Source: Methylocystaceae bacterium
GTDB lineage: Bacteria; Pseudomonadota; Alphaproteobacteria; Rhodospirillales; Terasakiellaceae
Reading direction: 5' to 3'
Assembly: GCA_013373205.1 (NCBI GenBank)
Contig: JABXIG010000003.1
Location: forward strand, 969,853 to 1,033,852
Length of the DNA stretch: 64,000 nucleotides
The notes beneath the pieces were generated by a model. The model did no database searches. It was not told the DNA's origin and saw only the letters and a program-made list of their open reading frames with translations. Below are positions 1 to 9,669 of this stretch, piece by piece (the stretch's first letter is position 1; every line of letters starts with the position of its first letter). Both the position numbers and the translations under genes were made by a program.

Positions 1-52
1 TGATCCTGACCGTTAGGTACAGGCGCAAGAGCTTGAGAGCCGGGCTTGGAAT

Positions 53-418
53 CTACTCCCATTCCAGAGCTCCTTTCTTCCATTCGTAAACGAAACCGAT
101 GGTGAGAACACCAAGGAACACCATCATTGACCAAAAGCCAAACAGGCCTACATTCCCTAGTGAGATTGCCCATGGGAAGAGAAAGGCGACTTCAAGGTCG
201 AAAATGATGAAGAGAATGGCCACCAAATAAAAACGCACGTCGAATTTTGTACGGGCATCTTCAAAGGCAGCAAAACCACATTCAAATGCGGTATTTTTTT
301 CTGTATCGGGGCGCTGACGCACAACGATATAAGAGGCCCCAATCGCAATAACGGCAATAGCGATAGCAATGCCGAGAAAGATCAGGATCGGTAGATATTC
401 TTGCAGGAGTGCTTCCAT
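53..418 (-). CDS. nuoA: NADH-quinone oxidoreductase subunit A (first gene of the complex I operon, which continues off the left edge)
   Basis: 121 aa with three hydrophobic segments; KNTAFECGF loop, [21 protein letters not shown] and C-terminal [11 protein letters not shown] typical of NuoA. Confidence 0.97.
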   Translation of the reverse strand: MEALLQEYLPILIFLGIAIAIAVIAIGASYIVVRQRPDTEKNTAFECGFAAFEDARTKFDVRFYLVAILFIIFDLEVAFLFPWAISLGNVGLFGFWSMMVFLGVLTIGFVYEWKKGALEWE

Positions 419-669
419 AGTAGCGTTCCTTTAATGCCTTAACCCCTATCCTTTTAACCTATTCCCATGAATTTGGAAATGGTTCGCTGTCAGGATATGG
501 TTACAGGCGCTTAACCAAAGAAAAAATGTATTAAGTGAATTTCGGTAATTAGCGTCGCAACGATTGCTGAATTTTTACAGGCGAACTCCCTCTTTGTTCA
601 TATCAGATGCATCTGTCACAAAGCATCTTCGTTGCATCGCCAGTCCTTTTTTTGAACTGTCCGACAAAA

Positions 670-746
670 TGGCGAGAGTGACGGGACTCGAACCCGCGGC
701 CTTCGGCGTGACAGGCCGACGCTCTAACCAACTGAGCTACACCCCC
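670..746 (-). tRNA. tRNA-Asp (GTC)
   Basis: Reverse complement GGGGGTGTAGCTCAGTTGGTTAGAGCGTCGGCCTGTCACGCCGAAGGCCGCGGGTTCGAGTCCCGTCACTCTCGCCA; 77 nt cloverleaf, anticodon loop CT-GTC-AC, encoded CCA. Confidence 0.97.
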
Positions 747-763
747 ATAATCAGGCAGACATG

Positions 764-792
764 GGATTATCGCACCGTCCGAAAACTGTCAA
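764..792 (-). promoter_or_regulatory. Putative sigma70 promoter of tRNA-Asp
   Basis: Minus strand TTGACA (792-787) followed by GATAATCC (771-764), about 20 nt upstream of the tRNA 5' end. Confidence 0.45.
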
Positions 793-1088
793 GTGGATGG
801 AAAACCCATGTCTTTGGTCTTACCATTTGTTTGCACTGAAAATAAGCGCCACAATCTTGCCCAAAAGCTTAGTATGTATATGCTTAAAAGCATTTTCTAA
901 TATAGCTTTTTTATACAGTTTGAATTTGATGAATGTTTTATTTTTTTTGGTGAAGCTGTTGAAAGAGAACAATTTCAGACTTATCGATGAAACATATGAA
1001 TTAGAAAGGATGCGAGTCCTTGAGAACTGTTCTTAATAAATGGTTAAACATTCTTTCCAAGGGTGATATCTAAATGACCAGAACGTGA

Positions 1089-1262
1089 TTACCACCCTTC
1101 AAACCAACCAAAAGAAAGAAGCCAGAAACCTGCTAACGATCCGATCAGATACATGGCACTACGGGTCTGCCATCCCTCAGGTTTGTTTTTAAACGTTCTA
1201 AGGAAAAGCCGACCCGCGAGTATAAATAGAATAAGCCCAGCAATTTCGGGCAAATTGGACAT
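1089..1262 (-). CDS. Small two-helix membrane protein, 57 aa, below the ORF-track cutoff
   Basis: Hand translation: MSNLPEIAGLILFILAGRLFLRTFKNKPEGWQTRSAMYLIGSLAGFWLLSFGWFEGW*; ATG lies 6 nt after the CBS gene stop; two hydrophobic helices separated by a basic loop. Confidence 0.7.
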   Translation of the reverse strand: MSNLPEIAGLILFILAGRLFLRTFKNKPEGWQTRSAMYLIGSLAGFWLLSFGWFEGW

Positions 1263-1268
1263 AAGATA

Positions 1269-1691
1269 TTAACCACGTTGGACGTTGTTAAACCGTTCAA
1301 AGAATGCTTCGGTTGCTCTTAAAACGCGACGGCGCGTGACAATACCAACCACATGACCATGATCCATTACGGGGTACAGACGATATGTTTTATCTTTGAA
1401 AACGGCGGCTGTATCAATCAAAGTTGCATCAACATTGATGGTATCGACATCAGTCGTCATATATTCGGCAACCATTCCCGGTGGACGTTCGTTATAAGAA
1501 GCATCCAGAACTACACGGATACAGTCTGTTTCGGATAAAACACCGACAAGTTTATCTTTTTTATCCATAACGACAGCTGCTGGAATTTCTTTATGCACCA
1601 ATGTTTGAACAGCATGGTACATGTCTTCTTCCGGGCTGAGACGGACAAAGTCTCGAACCATAAAATCTTTGACGCGAACTGTGTGTAACAT
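1269..1691 (-). CDS. CBS domain-containing protein (stand-alone tandem CBS pair)
   Basis: 140 aa with two CBS repeats (VKDFM...LVGVLSETD; VAEYMT...YPVMDHGHVVGIVTRR); strong GAGGAGG RBS. Confidence 0.9.
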   Translation of the reverse strand: MLHTVRVKDFMVRDFVRLSPEEDMYHAVQTLVHKEIPAAVVMDKKDKLVGVLSETDCIRVVLDASYNERPPGMVAEYMTTDVDTINVDATLIDTAAVFKDKTYRLYPVMDHGHVVGIVTRRRVLRATEAFFERFNNVQRG

Positions 1692-1783
1692 TGCTTCCTC
1701 CTCATTGTTTTTTTTATATTATGCTGTTCTTCTGAAAAGGAAAAACAGTTTTTGAGAAGATCATCAGATTGATGAATAAAACA

Positions 1784-3187
1784 TCAACCCTCCCCCCTTG
1801 ATGATAGCTTGAGCGGCGTTAGGTTAAGGCGGTACCAGCATTGGAACATAAGCCACAAAGACAAACCGCTAAGCGTAACCACCATAGACCAAGTCGCCCC
1901 TACGAAACCATAGGCCGGAACAAGCCAACTAAACAAGATAATTTCGATAAAAAGTGCAATCGCTATGGAACTAATTACAATTCTACGGTGTCCGGCAAAC
2001 TGCAGGAACGGTACGGAAAAGCCAGCAACAAAATTTAGGTAATATGCTGCCATCAGCATCATAAGGCTGTGGTAACCAATTTCATATTCCACACCAAATG
2101 CACGAAGCAATTCTTTCCCTTTAACGATGAACAGGATTAAGGGGATCAAGCCACCCCACAGAACTACATGCATGCTTGTGCCGTATAGTCGTTGAACCTT
2201 GTTATGATTGCGTTGCTGTAATGCCGGGGTGATATAGGGTAAGACACTGAAATTGACCGCCACGAAGATAATCAGCAGGAAACGTGCGTGCTTTACGAGA
2301 ACAGCATAGATGGCCACATCTTCTTCTCCACTCAGCAATTCGCACATATAGAGCCCCATTTGTTCCATCGCGATAAAGAGTACGGCCGACAGCATCAAAG
2401 TCAGCGCTGTGCCGGTCCATTCCCTGCTTTCCACTATGGGGATGGCTTGACGGATTTCGCCTTTCATGTGGTGTTTTAACAAAATGAGTTGGAACAAAAG
2501 AATGAACATAAAGCTGAGGGTGAAAACACCAACCAAGTCCCAGTCATCGACGCCCCCATGTTCAACCAGATAATACCCGCCACTCATGACCAGAATAGGC
2601 AGGCCAATATTTGTGGGGGCTGTTGCCATAAAAATATGATGAAAACAGCGCAAAGCCTTTGTACTTAATAAAACAAGGGAAATAACGGGAAGCGCAACAA
2701 ATGTGATTAAAATCGGATGGTCCGATTTAATAAAAGCAAAAGAAAAGCCGAGCATGCCAATTGCGACACTACTGCCTAAAACAAGGAGAAAGGAAAATTT
2801 TAAAATACCTTTGATACGAGGCCAGTCTTTTTCTTTTAGATATTGTGGCAGGTATTGCATCAGGGCCTGATCCGCCCCCAACATGGCAATCATTCCCCCG
2901 AATACGGCTGCCGAGGATGCAACGGAATAATCCCCAAGGTCTTCAGGGTTGAGCCATTGCGACAGCGCAAGGTTTAAAAAGTAATCGAGGGCAAAGCCCG
3001 TACAGGCGATCAAGATACCCAGCCAGCTACCACTTAGAACAGCCGGGTCCAGCCGTTTCAAGTGTCGTTGAACCGGAAATGTTTTTTTCACATTTTCTGC
3101 GTCTTTATCTTGTGCTTGATGGTCGCTCAAGAAAAAATCCTTTGAGAGATTGGCAGGCCCTAGAAACAGTTTGACCACGATCACCAT
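1784..3187 (-). CDS. Wzx-like oligosaccharide flippase / polysaccharide biosynthesis family protein (MOP superfamily); true start may be the TTG at 3130
   Basis: About 12-14 hydrophobic segments; LSQWLNPEDLGDYS and LGADQALMQYLP segments typical of Wzx/MOP exporters; AAGGA precedes TTG at 3130. Confidence 0.75.
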   Translation of the reverse strand: MVIVVKLFLGPANLSKDFFLSDHQAQDKDAENVKKTFPVQRHLKRLDPAVLSGSWLGILIACTGFALDYFLNLALSQWLNPEDLGDYSVASSAAVFGGMIAMLGADQALMQYLPQYLKEKDWPRIKGILKFSFLLVLGSSVAIGMLGFSFAFIKSDHPILITFVALPVISLVLLSTKALRCFHHIFMATAPTNIGLPILVMSGGYYLVEHGGVDDWDLVGVFTLSFMFILLFQLILLKHHMKGEIRQAIPIVESREWTGTALTLMLSAVLFIAMEQMGLYMCELLSGEEDVAIYAVLVKHARFLLIIFVAVNFSVLPYITPALQQRNHNKVQRLYGTSMHVVLWGGLIPLILFIVKGKELLRAFGVEYEIGYHSLMMLMAAYYLNFVAGFSVPFLQFAGHRRIVISSIAIALFIEIILFSWLVPAYGFVGATWSMVVTLSGLSLWLMFQCWYRLNLTPLKLSSRGEG

Positions 3188-3229
3188 TCGATGACCGTGG
3201 TCAATAAACTATCGCTACTTTGACACAGA

Positions 3230-4447
3230 TTAACCGAAGTCGTCGAGTAGAATGTTTTCGCGTTCAACACCCAGATCAAGCAGCATCTGAATAACAGATG
3301 AGTTCATGATGGGCGGGCCACAAAGATAGTATTCGCAATCTTCAGGCGCCGGATGTTCTTTCAGATATTCTTCAAACAGAACATTGTGAATGAAGCCGGT
3401 GTAGCCGTCCCAATTGTCTTCCGGTTGTGGATCAGACAGGGCGCAATGCCATTCAAAGTTTTCATTTTCAGCCGCCAGTCCGTCAAAATCTTCAACGAAG
3501 AACATTTCTTTAACAGAACGCGCGCCATACCAGAACGAAATTTTACGTTTGGATTTCAGGCGTTTTAGCTGGTCGAAAATGTGTGAACGCATTGGTGCCA
3601 TACCAGCCCCGCCACCAACGAAGACCATTTCATTATCGGTTTCGCGGGCAAAGAATTCACCATACGGACCAGAAATTGTCACTTTGTCACCTGGTTTCAG
3701 GTTCCAGATATAAGTGGACATGATGCCCGGTGGAATACCTTCAGACCCCGGTGGCGGTGTTGCGATACGAACGTTCAGCATGATCATGCCTTTTTCGTCC
3801 GGATAGTTCGCCATGGAATAGGCACGCAGGCAATCTTCCTCCTGCTTGTGGCTGATATCCCAGAAATTGAAGTGATCCCAATCGGCGCGATATTGTTCTT
3901 CAACGTCAAAGTCTTTGAAAGAGATATCATAAGGTGGGCATTCAATTTGAATATAACCACCTGCGCGGAACGGGACGTCTTCGCCTTCAGGCAATTTAAA
4001 GATCGGGCATTTGATGAAGGTCGCCACGTTTTCATTGGAGACAACTTCACATTCCCATTTCTTCACACCGAAGACTTCTTCAGGGACGTCGATTTTCATA
4101 TCCTGTTTCACAGCAACTTGACAAGACAGACGGCAGCCTTCTCGGGCTTCGCGCTTGTTAATGTGTGATTCTTCTGTCGGCAGAAGTGATCCCCCGCCTT
4201 CATGTACATTTACTGTACATTGACCACAGGATCCCCCGCCGCCACAGGCAGACGGGATAAACAGACCATTATCGGCCAGTGTTGTCAGGAGCTTCCCACC
4301 GGGGGCAACTTCAATGGTTTTTTCGTTGTTAATCAGGATCGAAACGTTGCCTGATGGTACCAGCATCTTTCTGAAGACCAGAATGATGAGGACCAACGCC
4401 AGAACGATGGCTGTGAAAACAACGACACCTGCTGTAAATTCTTGCAT
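3230..4447 (-). CDS. nqrF: Na(+)-translocating NADH-quinone reductase subunit F
   Basis: N-terminal TM helix, 2Fe-2S motif [10 protein letters not shown]...C, RAYSMAN FAD motif, [11 protein letters not shown] motif, C-terminal LDDFG. Confidence 0.97.
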   Translation of the reverse strand: MQEFTAGVVVFTAIVLALVLIILVFRKMLVPSGNVSILINNEKTIEVAPGGKLLTTLADNGLFIPSACGGGGSCGQCTVNVHEGGGSLLPTEESHINKREAREGCRLSCQVAVKQDMKIDVPEEVFGVKKWECEVVSNENVATFIKCPIFKLPEGEDVPFRAGGYIQIECPPYDISFKDFDVEEQYRADWDHFNFWDISHKQEEDCLRAYSMANYPDEKGMIMLNVRIATPPPGSEGIPPGIMSTYIWNLKPGDKVTISGPYGEFFARETDNEMVFVGGGAGMAPMRSHIFDQLKRLKSKRKISFWYGARSVKEMFFVEDFDGLAAENENFEWHCALSDPQPEDNWDGYTGFIHNVLFEEYLKEHPAPEDCEYYLCGPPIMNSSVIQMLLDLGVERENILLDDFG

Positions 4448-4476
4448 GGTTTTTCCTACTCGTTTCTTTCTTCAGC

Positions 4477-5085
4477 CTACAGTTTCACGCCTGAGAAGGC
4501 CATGAAACCCATGGACATCAGGCCCGCGGTGATAAAGGTGATCCCCAAGCCTTGCAGGCCAGCAGGCACGTCACTGTATTTCAGCTTTTCACGGACGCCA
4601 GCCATTGCTGTAATCGCCAAAGCCCAACCAATGCCGGAACCAAAGCCATAGGTAACAGATTCACCAAAACCATAATCACGTTCTACCATGAACAGGGATC
4701 CCCCCATGATTGCACAGTTCACCGTGATCAATGGCAGGAAGACACCTAGCGCGTGGTATAATGCCGGGAAGAATTTATCGAGAACCATTTCAAGGATTTG
4801 AACGATCGCGGCGATAACCCCGATATAACAGATCAAACCGAGAAAACGCAGGTCGATATCCGCAACGCCAGCCCAAGAGAGTGCCCCTTCTTTCAAAAAG
4901 AGGGATAGAACCAGATTGTTGGCCGGAACCGTAATGGCTTGGACAACCACAACCGCAATCCCCAGACCAAGGGCTGTTTCGATTTTCTTTGATACGGCCA
5001 GAAAAGTACACATACCAAGGAAAAACGACAGGGCCATGTTTTCGATAAAGATCGATTTAACAAAAAGGCTAATATGAGCTTCCAT
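4477..5085 (-). CDS. nqrE: Na(+)-translocating NADH-quinone reductase subunit E
   Basis: [23 protein letters not shown] and [10 protein letters not shown] motifs; position in the nqr operon. Confidence 0.96.
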   Translation of the reverse strand: MEAHISLFVKSIFIENMALSFFLGMCTFLAVSKKIETALGLGIAVVVVQAITVPANNLVLSLFLKEGALSWAGVADIDLRFLGLICYIGVIAAIVQILEMVLDKFFPALYHALGVFLPLITVNCAIMGGSLFMVERDYGFGESVTYGFGSGIGWALAITAMAGVREKLKYSDVPAGLQGLGITFITAGLMSMGFMAFSGVKL

Positions 5086-5087
5086 GA

Positions 5088-5735
5088 TTAGTACCTCACC
5101 GGGAAGGAAATCTTGAAGTCACGTTCTTCCACCTGCTCCGGCTTGTAAGAGCGAACCGCCCAAATCAGCAGACCGATGATGAAGAACGCACTTGGTGGCA
5201 ACAGTAAAAGACCATTTGGCACATACCAGCCGCCATCGTTTACCGTTGGCAGGATGGTGATACCGAGCAGCTTGCCCGCACCAAAGAGTTCGCGAATAAC
5301 CGCAACAGAGACCAGAACCAAGCTATAGCCGAGACCGTTACCGATACCATCCAGAAAACTGGGGATCGGCGGGTTGGACATTGCATAGGCTTCTGCGCGC
5401 CCCATTACGATACAGTTGGTGATGATCAAACCAACGAAAACAGAGAGTGTCTTGCTGATCTCATAGGCATAGGCCTTAAGGATTTGATCCACCACGATAA
5501 CCAAAGACGCAATAATAACCATCTGCGCGATGATACGAATACTGCTTGGGATTTGGTTACGGATCGCACTGATTAAGAAGTTTGAACATGCAACAACCGA
5601 GGTCAAGGCTACGCACATGATGAGTGAGACTTGCAACGAAGATGTTACAGCCAAGGCAGAACACACGCCAAGGACTTGCAACATAATCGGGTTGTTATCG
5701 ACTAATGGGTCCGTCAGGACATTTTTCTTTGCCAT
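5088..5735 (-). CDS. nqrD: Na(+)-translocating NADH-quinone reductase subunit D
   Basis: [18 protein letters not shown] and [14 protein letters not shown] motifs. Confidence 0.96.
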   Translation of the reverse strand: MAKKNVLTDPLVDNNPIMLQVLGVCSALAVTSSLQVSLIMCVALTSVVACSNFLISAIRNQIPSSIRIIAQMVIIASLVIVVDQILKAYAYEISKTLSVFVGLIITNCIVMGRAEAYAMSNPPIPSFLDGIGNGLGYSLVLVSVAVIRELFGAGKLLGITILPTVNDGGWYVPNGLLLLPPSAFFIIGLLIWAVRSYKPEQVEERDFKISFPVRY

Positions 5736-5744
5736 TGTTCCCCC

Positions 5745-6521
5745 CTATTGCTTCTGATTGCGCAGGAAAGGACCAAATCCTTTCTCTCCGACCCAAAATT
5801 GGACGAGATTGTTAACACCGTTACTGGTCAAGGTTGCCCCTGCCAATGCATCTACCTGATATTCACCAGATGCACCGCCTTTAACGACAGAAATTTCAAC
5901 ATTCCCTTCGTCGTCATAAAGCTTTTTACCTGGCCAGAGGTTGCGCCATTTCGGGTTATCGACTTCACCACCCAGACCGGGTGTTTCGGCATGTTCATAG
6001 AATTGGAGGCCCGAAACCGTGTTCATATCTGGTTGCAGAGCCACAAAACCGTACAAAGTGGACCAAAGACCATACCCATGGATTGGCAGAATCAGCTTTT
6101 TCAGCTCGTCGCCTTCTTTGACTAGATAAACACTGGCAAGGTTGGCTTGACGCTTAATACTGGCCTGATCTTCTGCTGTCGTTAATTTTTCGCTTTGTGC
6201 AGGATCTTTGGCTGCTTTTCGTTGATCATATGTCGCAGGGTCTACAGCGTCGCTATATTCACCTGTTTCCAGATCAATCACACGCGGTTCGATTTTGCTT
6301 TGGTAAGCCGCTTCAATATCGGCGCCTTCTTCCATAAGTCCGGCAACTTCAAGAATGATTTTCTTTTTCGCCAGACTTTTGTTCAATTCTTGGGTCGGTT
6401 TCAGCATCACAGCTGCCGCAGACACTGCAATTGATGCAATGAGGCTCAACGCGACGGCAACAATAATTGTGCGAACCGGCGTTTCTGCGGGTGCTGATGT
6501 GTTTTGTTCATTATCAGACAT
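5745..6521 (-). CDS. nqrC: Na(+)-translocating NADH-quinone reductase subunit C (start taken at MSDNEQ, overlapping the nqrB stop)
   Basis: GYGLWSTLYGF, ETPGLGGEV and flavinylation site VDALAGATLTS; ATGTCTGA overlap with the nqrB stop. Confidence 0.95.
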   Translation of the reverse strand: MSDNEQNTSAPAETPVRTIIVAVALSLIASIAVSAAAVMLKPTQELNKSLAKKKIILEVAGLMEEGADIEAAYQSKIEPRVIDLETGEYSDAVDPATYDQRKAAKDPAQSEKLTTAEDQASIKRQANLASVYLVKEGDELKKLILPIHGYGLWSTLYGFVALQPDMNTVSGLQFYEHAETPGLGGEVDNPKWRNLWPGKKLYDDEGNVEISVVKGGASGEYQVDALAGATLTSNGVNNLVQFWVGEKGFGPFLRNQKQ

Positions 6522-7722
6522 TTCGACGCAGCCTCCTCTTAACATTAGCTTTGACGACAAAGTGGTCGATCAGCGGTGCAAAGATGTTACCAAACAAGAT
6601 GGCGAGCATCATGCCTTCAGGGAAAGCAGGGTTCACAACACGGATCAGAACCACCATGATGCCGATCAAGGCACCATAGACCCAACGACCTTTGTTGGTC
6701 ATTGCACCAGAAACGGGTTCGGTTACCATAAAGATCAGACCAAACGCATAGCCACCGATGACGAGATGCCAGTACCAAGGCATCGCAAACATTGGATTGG
6801 TGTTACTACCGATCATGTTGAACATATAGCTGGTTGCGATCATACCGATGAGGCAGCCTGCAATCAGGCGGTAGTTTGCAATCTTGGTAAAGACCAGGAA
6901 GACCCCGCCAATGAGACAAGCCAGCGTGGATGTTTCACCCAAAGACCCAGGGATGAAGCCAAGGAAAGCATCCATCCATGTAAAGCCCATTTCAGGCAAG
7001 GCAGCAAAACCTTTTTCATTGGCAACGCTAAGCGCAGTTGCACCGGAATAGCCATCAACCGGGACCCAGACTGTGGCACCAGATTGGCTTGCCGGATAAG
7101 CAAAATACAGGAAGGCACGACCAACAAGGGCCGGGTTCAAGAAGTTTTTACCTGTACCGCCAAAGACTTCTTTACCGATGACAACACCAAAGGAAATACC
7201 AAGTGCAACCTGCCAAAGCGGCGTGGTTGGCGGCAGGATCAGGGTGTAAAGCATGGAAGTTACAAGGAAACCTTCGTTGACTTCGTGCTTTCGTACTACC
7301 GCAAACAAAACTTCCCAAAGACCACCGACCACAAGGGTCACCACATAAATGGGTAAGAAATACATTAACCCATGGATCATGTTGGCGATGATGTTATCCG
7401 GGTTAAACCCAATGCCCAGTAAGTTGATAATGTGGCCTGCGACTGTATTTGGTGCGGTAATGCCCATAGACTGCAAGGCCGTGTTGGCTTGCAGGCCTGT
7501 GTTATACCAAGCAAACAAAATACAAGGGATCGCAGCGACGACCACATAACTCATCATGCGTTTCAGATCTAGGTGATCACGTGCATGCGGGGCTTTGTAA
7601 GTGACATCCTTTGGAGAATAAAGGAAGGTATCCACCATTTCGTAGAGAGCATAATATTTTTCATATTTGCCGCCGACGTCGAAATGATGATGCATACTGT
7701 CAAAGAAATTACGGAGTCCCAA
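6514..7722 (-). CDS. nqrB: Na(+)-translocating NADH-quinone reductase subunit B
   Basis: VFGGTGKNFLNPAL motif, FMN site DGYSGATAL, PGSLGETS. Confidence 0.97.
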   Translation of the reverse strand: MGLRNFFDSMHHHFDVGGKYEKYYALYEMVDTFLYSPKDVTYKAPHARDHLDLKRMMSYVVVAAIPCILFAWYNTGLQANTALQSMGITAPNTVAGHIINLLGIGFNPDNIIANMIHGLMYFLPIYVVTLVVGGLWEVLFAVVRKHEVNEGFLVTSMLYTLILPPTTPLWQVALGISFGVVIGKEVFGGTGKNFLNPALVGRAFLYFAYPASQSGATVWVPVDGYSGATALSVANEKGFAALPEMGFTWMDAFLGFIPGSLGETSTLACLIGGVFLVFTKIANYRLIAGCLIGMIATSYMFNMIGSNTNPMFAMPWYWHLVIGGYAFGLIFMVTEPVSGAMTNKGRWVYGALIGIMVVLIRVVNPAFPEGMMLAILFGNIFAPLIDHFVVKANVKRRLRRNV

Positions 7723-7724
7723 GA

Positions 7725-9068
7725 TCAGCCCTCCTTCTCAATTTGTGTGAGGCTTTCACGCAAGGCTTCGCCGTAACAGTATTTACTGTGACAGACAAAG
7801 CTACAAAGCGAGAGATCTTCCTCGTCCAATTCCAAGGCGCCAAGCGCCTGCGCTGTATCTGTATCCTTAACCAATAAGGCACGCAGTAACTGCGTCGGCA
7901 AGATATCGAGCGGCATAACTTGTTCATAAAGCCCAACAGGGACCATTGCACGATAGCTGCCGTTGCGATTGGTTGTCAGGTTAAAGAGTTTTTTCGGTGT
8001 CAGGGCAGACAGGTTGACGCGCGCGAAAGAGAATTTATCAAATTTCGGGATCAACCAGCCAAGAATGTCACGATCACGACCTTCATGCATTACGGTGACT
8101 TGTGTATGGTAACGCCCAAGGAAAGAGAAAGTATCTTCCGCCGTATCACCCGACAAAAGTGAACCAGAAATCACGCGGCAATCATCAAAGTTAAGTTCAT
8201 TAGCAGTCAGTTCTTCAAGGTTCGCCCCGATACGTGTACGTACAAGACGCGGCTTTGTTACACCCGGACCTGCAAGCGAAATAACACGGTTTGGAGAACG
8301 TTGCCCATCGACAAACAGTTTACCAATGGCAATGACATCTTGATAATTGATGGTCCAGACAGATTTAGATGCACTGACCGGGTCCAGGAAGTGGATGTGC
8401 GTTCCAGCCAGACCTGCAGGGTGCGGACCTTCGAAGTCTTCAAAACGGACGTTTGCAATATCAGAACCCGGAATGTTACCACCGGGATATTTACAAACAA
8501 AAGTCGGACCTTCTGTGAGTTTGGAGATAAGCACCAAACCGTTATAAAAATCCTCTTTTGACTCTTCGATCACGACATTTGCATCAGCAGCCAACGGATT
8601 ACTGTCCATGGCGGTGACGAAAATTGAACGTGGTGTATCGTCTGAGTGCGGCACTTTACTGTAGGGGCGTGTTCTGAAAGATGTCCAAGCACCAGAGACA
8701 GTCAGCTGTTCTCGGATTTTTTCAACAGACAGGTTAGCCAGGCTTTCCGGGCTGTGTTTATCAAATTGAACAGCCTCTTCGTTATCATCCAGTTCGATGA
8801 CAACAGATTCAAGCGCGCGGCGATGACCGCGGTTAATGGCAACGACTTTACCGCCGCCAGGTGAGGCATATGTGATGTCCGGGCATTGCTTATCAACAAA
8901 CAAAGCCTGGCCCCTCTTAACCTGATCGCCAACAGCGACCCGCATAGAAGGTTTAATCCAGGCAAAGTTCGGACCTAGCAAAGCGACTGTTTTAACCGGA
9001 TTGCCATCATAGATGCGCTGTTCCGGTTCCCCTATTATCGGGATATCCAAGCCATTCTTAATTTTCAT
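7725..9068 (-). CDS. nqrA: Na(+)-translocating NADH-quinone reductase subunit A
   Basis: [13 protein letters not shown] start, [27 protein letters not shown]. Confidence 0.96.
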   Translation of the reverse strand: MKIKNGLDIPIIGEPEQRIYDGNPVKTVALLGPNFAWIKPSMRVAVGDQVKRGQALFVDKQCPDITYASPGGGKVVAINRGHRRALESVVIELDDNEEAVQFDKHSPESLANLSVEKIREQLTVSGAWTSFRTRPYSKVPHSDDTPRSIFVTAMDSNPLAADANVVIEESKEDFYNGLVLISKLTEGPTFVCKYPGGNIPGSDIANVRFEDFEGPHPAGLAGTHIHFLDPVSASKSVWTINYQDVIAIGKLFVDGQRSPNRVISLAGPGVTKPRLVRTRIGANLEELTANELNFDDCRVISGSLLSGDTAEDTFSFLGRYHTQVTVMHEGRDRDILGWLIPKFDKFSFARVNLSALTPKKLFNLTTNRNGSYRAMVPVGLYEQVMPLDILPTQLLRALLVKDTDTAQALGALELDEEDLSLCSFVCHSKYCYGEALRESLTQIEKEG

Positions 9069-9429
9069 TCCTTAACTCTGTCCCCTCATTCGATTGAATT
9101 GACGACCCAACACTGAGTTTTTCAACATGGACGTAAATAACCGCAAATATAAATGCCCTTAAAGGCAGGACACGAAAACGCGCTGAGATACCATGGATAT
9201 AGGGATGCGCGCAAATAAGATTTAGCTTTTTTTTGGTAAGACCAATTATGCTTTGTAACTATTTGATAATAATATATTTTATGGCACGGAAACAAAGCTG
9301 ATTATGGTTGTTTTTGTCACGAAATGGGCAAGAATACGTAATCTACCCTAGAAAGAATCTAGATTTTTGTGCATTTGCACAATGGTCTTTTAAGATAAAC
9401 ACCAGAAAAAAGTTGCGAATAAAGATTAT

Positions 9430-9642
9430 TTATTCAGCCATGCCCATTTTTTTACGCAAGTTTCGTTGATAGCAGCTATTTGGGTCGTGAGGGCGTTTGC
9501 AAACGACGCAATGATCAGCATCTGAAATGGCGTTTAACCCCCCACAGCTGCCTTGAATAGGTTTACGTTTAAACATCACACCTACGGCCATGCCTGCAAT
9601 CATAACGACTACAATTCCGAAACTTAAAAAGAAGATTTCCAT
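9430..9642 (-). CDS. nqrM: Na+-NQR maturation factor NqrM (DUF539)
   Basis: 70 aa: N-terminal TM helix, then KPIQGSCGG...C..C...C cysteine pattern; adjacent to apbE and nqrA. Confidence 0.88.
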   Translation of the reverse strand: MEIFFLSFGIVVVMIAGMAVGVMFKRKPIQGSCGGLNAISDADHCVVCKRPHDPNSCYQRNLRKKMGMAE

Positions 9643-9669
9643 GGTAAATTCCTTTCTTGGGGTACAATG

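Noticed and set aside
670-746. Two G-U pairs in the tRNA-Asp acceptor stem
   Set aside because: The rest of the cloverleaf and the CCA end are intact and G-U pairs are commonly tolerated, so this is not evidence of a pseudo-tRNA.
564-1036. Two 91-aa plus-strand ORFs near tRNA-Asp
   Set aside because: One crosses the tRNA and the other lies in AT-rich promoter DNA; neither has an RBS or protein-like features.
6355-7356. 333-aa plus-strand ORF
   Set aside because: Lies entirely antisense to nqrB/nqrC, has no recognisable motif, and is explained as a shadow of the codon bias of a membrane-protein gene.
9283-9299. TGGCACG as a sigma54 -24 element
   Set aside because: No TTGC at the -12 position, and it points away from nqrA.
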